NCBI GenBank assembly: GCA_951406725.2 | Contig: OX597814.1 | Coordinates: forward strand, 194,990,001-195,054,000 | Reading direction: 5' to 3' | DNA from: Octopus vulgaris | Lineage: Eukaryota | Length of the DNA stretch: 64,000 nt | Shown: one piece after another, positions 39,206-52,800 of the stretch | Position numbering within the stretch: position 1 is the first letter of the stretch | Layout of the letters: every line of letters begins with the position of its first letter | Made by a program: the position numbers and the translations under genes | Notes under the pieces: generated by a model | The model's database searches: none | Told to the model about the DNA's origin: nothing | Seen by the model: the letters and a program-made list of their open reading frames with translations, nothing else

Positions 39206-39792
39206 TTGGAGTTACAAAGATTGTCCACACATATCAGAGTTGAATGTGGAAGTGATCTACTGCACCTATATCTTTAAATCTTTAGGTTATGTATCACATG
39301 ATTTTGGTAAACTTTTTGACTTGTGTGTGGGTGTGTGTGACGAGACCACCTCAAAACTAGACGCAATTGTAGACACATTTTTACTCTTTTAGTATGTTCT
39401 AAACATGTTCTGAGGAGGGTGCTTGAGTTTGAGGTAAATGGACTGAGAAAGCGAGGTAGACCAAGGAAAACGTGGAGGGGACTATTGATGATAAATAGTC
39501 CTGTAAAGTCAATGAGAGCCATCACCAAAGAACTTTAGGTGATGGAGTGGAGTGTCAGATCTGTAGTGCAGGAGGGCATTCGATACAAGTCATTTGTATG
39601 GAGAAGAGACTAATTCATACTGGCAAAGACACAGGAAAACTGATGATCTGTACCAAGACGCTACTTAATAAGGTTAAAAACCTTCACAAACATAGTATGC
39701 TTTGGTTTTCCTCAAATGAAAAAAAAAAAAAAGCAACCAAGATCAAAAGTTTAATAGGTGAAATGACAGATGGTTACATGCATATTCATCAG

Positions 39793-40212
39793 GTTGGCAG
39801 CGAGCTGGTAGAAACGTTAGCACGCCGGGCTAAATGCGTAGCCGTATTTCGTCTGCCATTATGTTCTGGGTTCAAATTCCACCGAGGTCGACTTTGCCTT
39901 TCATCCTTTTGGAGTCGATAAATTAAGTACCAGTTACGCACTGGGGGTCGATGTAATCGACTTAATCCGTTTGTCTGTCCTTGTTTGTCCTCTCTGTGTT
40001 TAGCCCCTTGTGGGTAGTAAAGAAATAGGTATTTCGTCTGTCGTTATGTTCTGAGTTCAGATTCCGCCGAGGCCGACTTTCCCTTTCATCCTTTCGGGGG
40101 TCGATAAATTAAGTACCAGTTACGCACTGGAGTCGATGTAATCGACTTAATCTGTTTGTCTGTCCTTGTTTGTCCCCTCTGTGTTTAGCCCCTTGTGGGT
40201 AGTAAAGAAATA
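39793..40212 (+). mobile_element. Head-to-tail dimeric family B SINE
   Basis: Second unit restarts at ggtatttcgtctg; a single outer TSD atgcatattcatcaggt. Confidence 0.88.
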
Positions 40213-40470
40213 CATATGCATATTCATCAGGTATCTCCATAATGGTGCTAACTAAGTTTCCAGCAACTGCGATGGTTTTAGGAATGATGAATAACTAAGA
40301 GCATGTCCTTCCACCCTCTTTCTACAGGATCTTAGAATTAATGCTGCTGGATACATTGGAGTGCTGGAAACAGTTATTAAGCTCTGGATGGATGCAGTAT
40401 GCAGTAGAAGGCCCATATATATTTCAACAAAACTCAACACCTTCTCACAAAGCTTATATAACTGAAGAAT

Positions 40471-40768
40471 GTTATTCCTTCTTGAGTCATGCCTGGCTCA
40501 TAAGGGCCGGTTTCCCAGTTTCCTTGGCGTATAGGTTCCCCACCTGGATGGGACGCCGGTCTGTCGCAGGTGAGCTACAAGATGCAGGAGGAAAGAGTGA
40601 GAGAAAGTTGTGGCGAAAGAGTCAGTAGAAGTTCGCCATTACCTTCTGCCGGAGCCGCGTGGAGCTTAGGTGTTTCGCTCATAAACACACACATCGCCTG
40701 GTCTGAGATTCGAACCTGCGATACCTCGACCACGAATCTGCTGCTATAACCACTAGGCCATGTACCTC
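40471..40768 (-). mobile_element. SINE family D (tRNA-derived head, V-domain-like body)
   Basis: Minus strand A-box tggcctagtgg, B-box ggttcgaatc, V-like cctgcgacagaccggcgtcccatccagg; TSD ataactgaagaat. Confidence 0.85.
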
Positions 40769-40917
40769 CATAACTGAAGAATGGATGCTAGGAAAATCTT
40801 TAACACCAAAATTATGGCCTCCAAACTCACCTGGTTTAAATCTCATGGACTACTGTGTTTAGAACATCATTGAAAGAAAGACTAATTGGCATCCTCACAG
40901 TACCATAGCTTCATTAA

Positions 40918-41150
40918 AGGTGGTGAGCTGGCAGAAACGTTAGCATGCCGGGCGAAATGCGTAGCTGTATTTTGTCTGCCATTATGTTCTGCGTTCAAAT
41001 TCCACCAGGGTCGACTTTGCCTTTCATCCTTTCGGGGTTGATAAATTAAGTACCAGTTACGTACTGGGGTCGATATAATCAACTTATTCCATTTGTCTGT
41101 CCTTGTTTGTCACCTCTATGTTAAGCCCCTTGTGGGCAATAAAGAAATAA
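40918..41150 (+). mobile_element. SINE family B
   Basis: 19-bp TSD taccatagcttcattaaag. Confidence 0.9.
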
Positions 41151-41707
41151 ATACCATAGCTTCATTAAAGATTGCCACAGTCCAGGTGATGTCTGAAATG
41201 AATAAGGACCATTTGGTGCGGGCATGTCAACGATTCCAGTCCTACACTGAAGCAGTCATCAAAGCTGAAGGTGAATTCATAGAATATTCTTCTAAGAAAA
41301 GCCTATTGAGAAAATGTTCACAAATTTTTAATGAATTTGACCTCTGGTGACCTTTATACAAAATAAATTTGCTTATCATTTGCATGAACTTGTAGATCTG
41401 GACCAGGCAATCATTTTAGGTGGTCATTTGAAATATTTTGGTGAAGAGTTGCAAAGTTGGAGCTGTTTGAATTTCCCATGCCCCTAATTTTCTGCCTCTA
41501 GCTGTAAAAGTGGGCGTGGTCAAAAAGTCCTTGGTAGGTGTCTTCCATCCTAGTTTTTTTTTGCTGGTAACATCAATTTTCTGACTTGTTAGACCCAGGG
41601 CTACATGAAAATATCCATTAAAGTAAATCACAAGGGAGGGGGGATGCACCATGACTGCCACTAGCCCAGACATTTGGTTTGCTACATCAAAGTTGTTTTA
41701 TTAAATA

Positions 41708-42310
41708 GAGAGTGGCTGTGTGGTAAGCAGCTTGCTTACCAACCACATCATTCCCGGTTCAGTCCCACTATGTGGCACCCTGGGCAAGTGTCTTTTACTA
41801 TAGCTTCAGGCTGACCATAACCTTGTGGGTAGATTTGGTAGACAGAAACTGAAAGAAGCCTGTCGTATACATACATATGTATGTCTGACCCCACAACATC
41901 ATTTGACAACCGATGCTGGTGTGTTTACGTCCCTGTAACTTAACGGTTCAGCAAAATAGACCAACAGAATAAGTACTAGGCTTACAAAGTCCTGGGGTCG
42001 AGCTGGCAGAATCATTAGCACACCGGGCGAAATGCTTAGTGGTATTTCATCTGCCATTACGTCCAGGGTTCAAATTCTGCCGAGGTCGACTCTGCCTTTC
42101 ATCCTTTCGGGATCGATAAATTAAGTACCAGTTATGCACTGGGGTTGATGTAATCGACTTTATCCCTTTGTCTGTCCTTGCTTGTCCTCTCTATGTTTAG
42201 CCCCTTGTGGGCAATAAAGAAATAAGAATAAGTCCTGGGGTCGATTTGCTTGACTTAAGGCAGTGCTCCAGCATGGCCGCAGTCAAAAATGACTGAAACA
42301 AATAAAAGAA
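41708..42310 (+). mobile_element. SINE family A with a nested family B SINE (~41999-42225)
   Basis: Duplicated aagtcctggggtcg flanks the B insertion. Confidence 0.88.
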
Positions 42311-42601
42311 TAAATGAATCGAATATGTCCTCTCCTCAAATATCTCTTGCACCATCTGTGTGTTTGTACATGCATGTGCTTTTGTGTATCTGTGCTATTG
42401 TTTACATTCTATACTTCACACGAAAAAAAAAAAAAGCACTTAGTGACAAAGGTGAAGTCTGCTGTCATTCTGTGTCAACAAATTGTTATCTCAGCATTTT
42501 TGAAGACATGTAAAATAAAAATAATCCCTGATATAAATCCAGAAGTACATTTTCCAGACAGTAGACATTTCTTGTGACATATAATTTAAAAAATAATCTA
42601 C

Positions 42602-42895
42602 GTGGATTTGGTAGATGGAAACTGAACGAAGCCCATCGTATATATATGTATATAAGTGTGTGTGTGTGTGTGTGTATATATATGTTTGTGTGTCTGTATT
42701 TGTCCCCCCCACCATCGCTTGACAACCGATGCTGGTGTGTTTACGTCCCCGTAACTTAGTGGTTCGGCAAAATAGACCAATAGAATAAGTACTAGGCTTA
42801 CAAAGAATAAGTCCTGGGGTCGATTTGCTCGACTAAAGGCGGCACTCCAGCATGGCAGCAGTCAAATGACTGAAGCAAGTAAAATAGTGAAAAAG
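42602..42895 (+). mobile_element. SINE family A, 5'-truncated
   Basis: Body and tail match family A. Confidence 0.85.
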
Positions 42896-43327
42896 AGTTA
42901 TCTTTGTTTACTTGTTTCAGTCATTTGATTGTGGCCATGCTGGGGCATTGCCTTGAAGAGTTTTAGTTGAGTAAATTGACCCCAGGACTTATTTTCCTTT
43001 TAAAGTCAGGAACTTATTCCATTGACCTCTTTTGATGAACTGCTACGTTATGGGGGACATAAACACTGGTTGTCAAGTGGTGGTGACAAACATAGACACA
43101 CACTCATGTATACGCATGATGTGCTTACACACAGTTTCCACCTACCAAATTCATTTACAAGGTATTGGTTGACCTGGAGCTATTCTACAAGGTGCCACAC
43201 AGTGGGATTGAACTTAAAACCACATGGTTGCAAAGCAAGCTTCTAAACAACACAGCTATGTTTGTGCCCAACATGATCAACAAACCTACTATTTCTCTTT
43301 GAAGCCTACCAACAAAACCAGAACATA

Positions 43328-44104
43328 TCTCTATATATAAACGGCAGTTTGTCTGTCTGTGTGTCTGTCAGGTCGTACCCTCACCCTGACCACGGCTTTC
43401 AACCGATTCTGATGAAACTTGACACACACATAGCCCAATGTCATAATTCAAAACTAACGCAGCGAAAATTTTGAAAAATTCCCCCAGTTCTGAAAAAAGA
43501 TCGATATATTCGACATGGGTCGAGAATCTAAGCTTTTTATATGCAACACATTTTCTACAGACTGTCTAGGGGGCGCAACTCGACCTTTTTAACTCTCGGA
43601 ACATGTGGAGTAAGTATCCCAAAATGTATAACAATGTACAAAAACGGCAAAAAAGCGGGCAGCAATGTGAGTGACAACAACAAAAAAGTCAAAAGTGACC
43701 AAACTGAACAAACAAATGGAAAAGGTTTTTTGGTGCACACAACAAAAGCGGTTTATAATAAACCAAGAGTTTGCAAGTAGCGTCCGAGGACCCTTAGGGT
43801 ACGTCAAAAATTTAAGGTAAGACGTTTGGGGTGGTAGTTATAAAGAAAGTGTAAACAAAAAAAGTATTCGAATAACTTGCGGCTGCAGCAGCTATTAGCA
43901 GAAGTGGGGTAAAGTCTCGAATGTAATTTCTTCCTGGTAGGAATTGGTTGGGTTGAATTATCGATAGCTGTTTGATAGTTATTTGGGAGTGAAGAGAAGA
44001 CATTGCAACCTACACATGCGCCTTCGTTCCCTAGAGGGAAAGGACTAGATTGGGATTAGTCGTTGCCTACTAGGGGCTCTTACATACCCGGGCAACGCTG
44101 CTAG
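43328..44104 (+). mobile_element. Non-autonomous Helitron (family H2, long form)
   Basis: A|TC...cccgggcaacgctgCTAG|T; 5' part homologous to 4323-4699. Confidence 0.8.
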
Positions 44105-44260
44105 TATTAAATAAAAACTGCTAAATTTCCTTTAAGAATCCTTTAAGTCTTGAAGAAATCCTGGAGCAGAATAATAACAGAGCTGGAACATTGACATGGA
44201 ATGATTACCAAACAAATATTGAGTATTTAATCCTTTAACATTTGCAGCCCAAATATTCTA

Positions 44261-44826
44261 TTGGGTCGTCTGGAAAGTTCATGCTGATTTATAGTAGCTT
44301 ACCTTTTGACTTATTTTAGAACATGGTTGAGTCCATAAAATAAGATTTGACTACACCTCCATTTAGAGCACAGTTTAAGCTATCTTTTCATGGAAGAAGA
44401 TTTATGTTCCTATAACCTGTGTTAATTCTATAGCCCTTTAAAATGGAAGATAAAAAAGTTCATTTTCAGCACTTGATGCTTTGGGAACTAGACAAAAATT
44501 ACTACAGCTCGGCTGGGATGTGTTACCCCACCCTCCATATTCACCAGATATTGCTCCTTCGGATTTCCACTTATTCAGGTCTCTGCAGAGTAGTCTTAAT
44601 GGTAAAAATCTCAATTCCTTGGATGACGTAAAAAGATACCTTGATGAATTCTTTGCCATGAAACCACCTCAGTTCTGGGAAGAGGGTATTTTCAAGTTAA
44701 AGGAAAGATGGAGACACATTGTGCAACAAAATAGTTCATATTTGGTTGATTAAAAATGTAATGGCAAGTATTTATTGACCTTTTTCTTTCCTTTAAAAAT
44801 CAGCACGAACTTTCCGGACAACCCAA
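44261..44826 (+). mobile_element. Internally deleted mariner inserted into piggyBac-like MITE P2 (44231-45004)
   Basis: TA TSDs, TIR ttgggtcgtctggaaagttc / gaactttccggacaacccaa; MEDKKVHF fused to LGWDVLPHPPYSPDIAPSDFHLF. Confidence 0.92.
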
Positions 44827-45644
44827 TACATATATATGATTAAACTGCTCAGATCCAGCCTCTCACACCTGCCCTATAATGTCAGTCTAAAAATACACAA
44901 TCAAATCATTGGAATCTTGAAGCTAGAAGATAATGCAGGATTAATTGAAAACAATGTGACTAAATAAGCCTTACATTTAACAGAGTAATCCGAATGCTAA
45001 AGAGTTAAAGAATGTCTCAAACTAGCTTCTTACCGGTAACACAGAGTTTATACTGCCTGGGACAACCCTTCACTTTGATGATCCTCTTGAGCCCCAAATC
45101 CTATAGATGCTCATATAACAGACTCAAAAGTGTTAGCCACATAAAAACATTGCCAGGGACAGACCATTCAATTTGGCTCTCCCTCTAGCCATGCTATTGC
45201 TAAGTAAATAAAAAATTCATTGGAAGATATGTAAAAATTACCTCCATAACAAAAGCAGACAGCTAAAATGTCAGTTTATGATTTTTCTTTTACTGCCTTT
45301 CAAACACGACTTAGATATCTTCTCACCCACTCTCTCGGTAAGGTGATTGAAAAATATTAAAGACTAAGTTATAAATAAAATATGACAGTTTATTGTTGTT
45401 AAATTCTGGTACAATAGACTATCTTTATTGTCAGACATTGGCCTAATATCATCCAATGTGTTTACCCTTTCCTTAAAGGAATTGATCTGAGTAAAACTAT
45501 TATTTCTAGCAGTCTTGTGAGCTAGTAAAGGCTCCCTTGTTGACTTGCTACTGAAAATTCTTAAGTATATTAACCGATTAAAAGTTTCTTGTGGATCAGA
45601 TGGGCACTTTATTGACACTGAAAAGATAAACGACTAAGTTGATC

Positions 45645-45825
45645 TTGGCATAAAAAGCACCCACTACACTCACGGAGTGGTTGGCGTTAGGAAGGGCATC
45701 CAGCTGTAGAAACACTGCCAGATCAGACTGGAGCCTGGTGCAGCCTCTGGGCTTCCCAGACCCTCGTTGAACCGTCTGACCCATGCTAGCATGGAAAATG
45801 GACATTAAACTATGATGATGATGAT
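45645..45825 (+). mobile_element. Family C retroposon, 5'-truncated
   Basis: Tail region with (GAT)n. Confidence 0.78.
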
Positions 45826-46288
45826 ATATTAAATCCAAATAAGACAAAGAGACTAGCACATCTTTAATGACTGGTTGCAATTGTTTCTGCATCACTGTAT
45901 TTAATACCATTGCATGCAAAAGTTCAATGTGAGAAGAGTCCACCTTTTAATGCCTGCCTGAAGAAGTGCCACTTGAGTGTTTAAAACTACAAATATTATG
46001 TAACTTCTCACATTTTGGGTGCAGTGGTGTTAAAAACAGAATGGTACAGAAACAATTGTAACTGGTCATTGAAGATTTGCTAAACTCTTACTCTCTCTCT
46101 CTCTCTCCTTTGGATTATATTTTACTCTTTGCTAGGCCTACACACTGGCTTTAGTGATGGGACACCTAGATTTTCTACACAAGAAGAATTTTGAGCTTAT
46201 TCAAGACAATAATTTAAGAGTGTAGAAAACCTCAAGCTTGGGTTGAGTGCTGCACAGAAAATATCCCATATTTTTACCCTTCAAGGAT

Positions 46289-46360
<72 letters not shown>

Positions 46361-46974
46361 ATATATATCATATAATATATTATCATATAATATATAATAA
46401 TATATTATTGTATAATATACATTATATAATGTACTGAAGAGTACATTGAGTTGCATAATAGTGGTTTTATATCTAATTTATATAGATATATATATATATA
46501 AAAATAGTGAAAAGGTTAGATAAAAAATTTTTTTCCACATGATGAATTGTAGTGAAAAATATAAGAAGAAGTAAACTGTAAAGAAATTTTATGTTGGACA
46601 AAATATATATGTTATGAAATAAAATATTTACATAATCAACCGGTTTTGCTTGTGCTAATCATGACTAAGAAGTTAGTGATAATGTTACAATTTCATACTA
46701 TCATAAGAAGTTTCCATTCCATATTAGTAGGAGGAAATATTGTATTACAAGTTAAGGCATACATCTGGTAGGAATGTTACCAACAGTTTCGTTTTGGATA
46801 TTGCCATCTCTTCAGAATTTCAACATCCTGATTAGTTATATAGCATAACCTGTAATATATTATTTAATAATGTAAAAATGTACTCCATTACTTATATTGA
46901 GAGCTTTCGTTTCTGCTAAATATATATATATCGAAAACTGGGGGAGTGGCTGCATGACTTTATAAAAATCAGAA

Positions 46975-47280
46975 GTCAGAAAGTGGGCAACCACTGGCAC
47001 TCTCTCTGAGGAGATATCAATCTGCAGTGGAGTCCCTCAAGAAACTGTACTGGGACCACTACTGTTTGTGGTGGCTCTCTCAAACATGCCCTCAGCTGTA
47101 CATTCAACCACTCTCATTGGCTACGCTGATGATACAAAAGTATCACAGGCAGTCAAGGACCCTGTCAACATATTATGACTACAAAATGACCTGCATGTAA
47201 TATAGAAATGGGCAGATGAAAATTACATGCAATTCAATGCTGAGAAGTTTCAAGCACTCCACTATCAGCCCACAAACAGA
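46975..47280 (+). mobile_element. CR1-group LINE reverse transcriptase fragment
   Basis: SGVPQETVLGPLLF...GYADDTKV...LQNDL...MQFNAEKFQALH. Confidence 0.85.
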
Positions 47281-47418
47281 CTACAATTGAAATATTCACG
47301 ACCAGTAGGTAGTGAAATTCTCTAAATAGCAATCAATAACACAGTAATTTCCCTTTGTATAACGGTCATTTTTCACATAGCGTTTTTCCGATGGCCGGAT
47401 AACTGAAGAGATGGTGGT

Positions 47419-47670
47419 GTGGATTTCTACCTGGAAAGTGAGTGTACGATTAACAGTGCAAGATGCAGTGCTTTGCTGGCCAACAAATTTAGGCCAGCAA
47501 TTTGCACCAAACATCAAAGCCTATTGTTGAAGAAAGTTTTGATGTTGCATGACAATACATGCCCACACATGGCCACCCAGACCATTGAAACCACTAACCA
47601 GTTGGGTTTTGAGGTTCTGGAACATCCTGCCTACAGCCCAGATCTCACCCCTTCCGACTATCATATCATA
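47419..47670 (+). mobile_element. mariner transposase fragment
   Basis: LHDNTCPH...LGFEVLEHPAYSPDLTPSDYHI. Confidence 0.85.
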
Positions 47671-48647
47671 TCAACGACCTCATAAACCATCTTAGTGTGT
47701 CTGTGTTTGTCTCCCCAACTTCGCTTGACAACCGATGCTAGTGTGTTTACGTCCCTGTAACTTAGTGGTTCGGCAAAAGAGACCGATAGAATAAATACTA
47801 GGCTTACAAAGAATAAGTCCTGGGGTTGATTTGCTCGACTAAAGGTGGTGTTCCAGCGTGGCCACAGTCAAATGACTGAAACAAGTAAAAGTGTATATCT
47901 TATCTCTTTGCTTTACCTTCCCTTCTCTCTCTATCTCTCACTCTTCCTCATCTCTCTCTCAGCCGCTTGTCTTCCTCTATCTCTCTCTCTCTCACTCCTC
48001 CTCATCTTTGTCACTGCTAGCCTAAACTACTTCCTTTTACACGCGGCCTTCAAACTGTAAAGACACACATTTGTGTTCCCATGCGCTGCCAGAATCTCCT
48101 TCGTCTAAGCCAGAAAAAGGCCTTTTCGTTTGTTTTTCTTGTTTATTTTTATTTCTCGTATTGTATTTTCTTGTACATGTATTTTTATCTTGTATTTTAT
48201 TTTGTAGTTTTATTCGTATCGTTTTTACGTCCTGTTTGTGCTACATTTTTTTCTTGCTTGTTTTTACCCCTCTGCGAGGTAATTTTATTTTAATTCTCTC
48301 GCAGGAAGGACTAGTTTGGCGAGTCGTGTCCTGTCTTGCCTTCGAAACACGCTAGAGTCGAACTATTGACAGCTGATGATAGGGGATTTTTCCTTGCGTA
48401 GTATGTCCTGTACTCTGTTTTTCTGTTGTAAAAAAATGGTTTTTCCATTTTCGTTTCTCGTTGAGTTCTACGTCTCTGTTTTTCTGTTGTAAAAAAATGG
48501 TTTTTCCGTTTTCGTTTCTCGTTGAGTTCTACGTCTAGTTGTGGTGTCCTGTACTCACGTATATATATTTATATATGCATGTATATATACATGTAGATGT
48601 AGGTACGTACATATATGTTTGTATGTATGCATATATTTTATTTATTA

Positions 48648-48697
<50 letters not shown>

Positions 48698-49014
48698 GCA
48701 ATCCTATATATATACAGGGTGTTCAAAAGTCTCTCAGCAGTAAGTATTTTATTGCAAAATAAATATTTAAAAGATGGTATAAGACTACAAAAGAATATAT
48801 TAGACTTTACAAGACTTTAAAAAACTTTATAAGAGGTGTTGAAAGTGTCATCCTTCATTTTCAATAAATAAGTTGACTTTTCTATACATGTTTTGAAATA
48901 CATCTTGGACGTAAAAAATTCTCTGCAGAGCAACTTTCTGAACAACCTGTGTCAATAAATCACTATTGTTTCTGAAAATTGTTTTATATATATATACATA
49001 CATACATGCATATA

Positions 49015-49395
49015 TGGATGCCAGGTTCGCCTGACTGGCTCCCATGCCAGTGGCACATAAAATGCAACATCTGAACTTGGCCGATACCAGTAGCCTCTGA
49101 CTGGCTCCTGTGTCGGTGGCATGTAAAAAGCACTATCCAAACGTGATCAATGCCAGGCCTGCCTGACTGGTTCCCATGTCGGTGGCACGTAAAAAGCACT
49201 ATCCAAACGTGATCAATGCCAAGCCTGTCTGGCTGGCTCCTGTGCCGGAGTGGTTAGTGTTAGAAAGGGCATCTAGCTGTAGAAACATTGCCTGATAAGA
49301 TTGGAGCCGGGTCAGCTGCTGGCTCTCCAGACCTCAGTCAAACCGTCCAACCCATGCCAGCATGGAAAACAGACGTTAAACGATGATGATGATGA

Positions 49396-49398
<3 letters not shown>
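49015..49398 (+). mobile_element. Family C retroposon, long form
   Basis: Several internal ~62-bp units plus (GAT)n tail. Confidence 0.8.
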
Positions 49399-49429
<31 letters not shown>

Positions 49430-49773
49430 TCAATGTATCATATATCCAAAAAAGAAGCACACTCTAAAGTAGAGCTACCAACTCGAGGCCCACAGACTTT
49501 TATCTTGTGGCCCGCTTGATACTTTCTGGAAATATGTTTAATCTCAAAATAAAATAGTTCGTGTAAAACATTTGTTTCAAAATAAATTTAAAATTTACAA
49601 GTGGCAATACAATTTCATAATTTTAAACATAGGAGTGGCTGTGTGATAAGTAGCTTGCTTATGAACCACATGGTTCCGGGTTCAGTCCCACTGCGTGGCA
49701 CCTTGGGTCTTCTACTATAGCATCTGGCCGACCAAAGCCTTGTGAGTGGATTTGGTAACTGAAAGAAGCCCGT

Positions 49774-49810
<37 letters not shown>

Positions 49811-49880
49811 ATATGCTTGTGTTTGTCCTCCCAACATTGCTTGACAACTGATGCTGGTGTGTTTAAGTCCTCATAGCTTA

Positions 49881-52800
49881 GCGGTTTGGCAAAAGCAACC
49901 GATAGAATAAGTACTAGGCTTACAAAGAATAAGTCCTGGGGTCGATTTGCTCGACTAAAGGTGGTGCTCCAGCATGGCCACAGTCACATGGCTGAAACAA
50001 GTGAAAGAGTAAATGAAAATTAAGAAACATTCTCGATTCGATTCTGTAATTTGATTATTTGACTATTAATGTACAAAGTATACAAGCGGCCCTCAAAAAT
50101 CTTTGTGATTAAAGTGGCCCGTAATGTAATTCAAGTTGGTCAGGCCTGCTCTCAAGCAAAGAGCATTAATGTATTTATATAAGACATATGTGCCAGTGAC
50201 ACGTAAAAAGCACCGTCCGAACGTGGCAGTTGCTAGCGCCGCCTGACTGGCATCTGTGTCGGTGACACGTAAAAGCACCAACCGATTGTGGCTGTTTGCC
50301 AGCCTGCTCTGGCCCCTGCGCTGGTGGCACGTAAAAAACACCCAATACACTCACGGAGTGGTTGGCGTTAGGAAGGGCATCCAGCTGTAGAAACACTGCC
50401 AAATCAGACTAGAGCCTGGTGCAGCCTCCATGGCTTACCAGACCCCGGTCGAACCGTCCAACCCATGCTAGCATGGAAAATGGACGTTAAATGAAATGAA
50501 GGCCCTTTATGGATGCGAAACCATTGGTTACTCTATGACTGGACACAGATTTCACTGCGCACACACACACAGACACGATGGGCTTCTTCCAGTATCCATT
50601 TACCTATTCCACTCACAAAGCTTTTTGGCCTTGGGATCTTTTTCGGTTTGAATGGCAGTTTGTAACATAATTTCTAGGTAACTAAAAAATTTGAAACTTC
50701 GTATACTGGTAGAATGTGTTTATAGAACATCTTTTTCTCTTGGCTTTATTGAGAAAATTCTATAGTTTGTAAAGATATTTGTTGTTTTTTCTTCAATTTC
50801 TGCAATTTCAACCAATCACTGACGTCTATTGAGTTAAAAAACATTCTGTGCCGTATGAATATGTCCCTCGTTTAAGAAACAGATTGGGTTTATTTACATT
50901 TGTGAAAAAAAAGATACCCTTCCCCCCACCCCTAACCCTAAAATAGATTGAAATGCAATAGATCGATACTAGGGTCATAATTATGGGTGACAATTTCATA
51001 TGACACCGCTAGAAAAAACTGCCGTTCAAACCGAAAAGATCCCAGGAGACGATATTTGTCCACGGTGTCACGCAGTAGGACTTCTTAACCCGAAACTATG
51101 TGAATGGGAAGCGAATTTTTCAACTACACACGCACACACAATAAAACTTGTACATTCTGGTTATGTTTTCTGAAGCATTTCAGATATAATCATATTTAAT
51201 ATTTTGAAATGAGCTTTTTTAGTACACTTATTTTAACTGAGAGATTAAAAATAAATAAAATAAGGTGTGGTTACGATGTGCCACAGTTAAACACAAATGT
51301 TTAATCATAATTTTGTTATACTTATGCAAGTAAGTATAACGCATCCACAACTTTGCTACCTCAGAACTTCCAGAAAAATGAACATTTTTTAATGAAATTT
51401 TCTAGAGATATCTAGGTGTAGGAGTGGCTGTGTGATAAGTAGTTTGCTTACCAACCACATGGTTCCGGGTTCAGTCCCACTGCGTGGCACCTTGGGCAAG
51501 TGTCTTCAAGGCTGACCAAAGCCTTGTGAGTGGATTTGGTAGACGGAAACTGAAAGAAGCCCGTCGTATATATGTATATATATGTGTGTGTGTGTTTGTC
51601 CCCCCAACATCGCTTGAGGACTCATGGTGGTGTGTTTACGTCCCAGTAACTCAGCGGTTTGGCAAAAAGCAACCGATAGAATAAGTACTAGGCTTACAAA
51701 GAATAAGTCCTGGGGTCGATTTGCTCGACTAAAGGTGGTGCTCCAGCATGGCCACAGTCACATGGCTGAAACAAGTGAAAGAGTAAATGAAAATTAAGAA
51801 ACATTCTCGATTCGATTCTGTAATTTGATTATTTGACTATTAATGTACAAAGTATACAAGCGGCCCTCAAAAATCTTTGTGATTAAAGTGGCCCGTAATG
51901 TAATTCAAGTTGGTCAGGCCTGCTCTCAAGCAAAGAGCATTAATGTATTTATATAAGACATATGTGCCAGTGACACGTAAAAAGCACCGTCCGAACGTGG
52001 CAGTTGCTAGCGCCGCCTGACTGGCATCTGTGTCGGTGACACGTAAAAGCACCAACCGATTGTGGCTGTTTGCCAGCCTGCTCTGGCCCCTGCGCTGGTG
52101 GCACGTAAAAAACACCCAATACACTCACGGAGTGGTTGGCGTTAGGAAGGGCATCCAGCTGTAGAAACACTGCCAAATCAGACTAGAGCCTGGTGCAGCC
52201 TCCATGGCTTACCAGACCCCGGTCGAACCGTCCAACCCATGCTAGCATGGAAAATGGACGTTAAATGAAATGAAGGCCCTTTATGGATGCGAAACCATTG
52301 GTTACTCTATGACTGGACACAGATTTCACTGCGCACACACACACAGACACGATGGGCTTCTTCCAGTATCCATTTACCTATTCCACTCACAAAGCTTTTT
52401 GGCCTTGGGATCTTTTTCGGTTTGAACGGCAGTTTGTAACATAATTTCTAGGTAACTAAAAAATTTGAAACTTCGTATACTGGTAGAATGTGTTTATAGA
52501 ACATCTTTTTCTCTTGGCTTTATTGAGAAAATTCTATAGTTTGTAAAGATATTTGTTGTTTTTTCTTCAATTTCTGCAATTTCAACCAATCACTGACGTC
52601 TATTGAGTTAAAAAACATTCTGTGCCGTATGAATATGTCCCTCGTTTAAGAAACAGATTGGGTTTATTTACATTTGTGAAAAAAAAGATACCCTTCCCCC
52701 CACCCCTAACCCTAAAATAGATTGAAATGCAATAGATCGATACTAGGGTCATAATTATGGGTGACAATTTCATATGACACCGCTAGAAAAAACTGCCGTT

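Larger units (their letters stand above)
38575..41290 (+). mobile_element. Decayed Tc1/mariner-superfamily (maT/DD37D-like) transposase split by several insertions
   Basis: Motif remnants in order: HAVIVAICAE, KSMRAITKEL, WFSSNEK, NDRW, TKFPATAMVLG, YIFQQNSTPSH, WPPNSPGLNLMDY, ACQRFQSYTEAVIKAEGEFIE. Confidence 0.8.

Noticed and set aside
41416-41673. 85-aa minus-strand ORF
   Set aside because: No homology recognised and no supporting exon or promoter signals.
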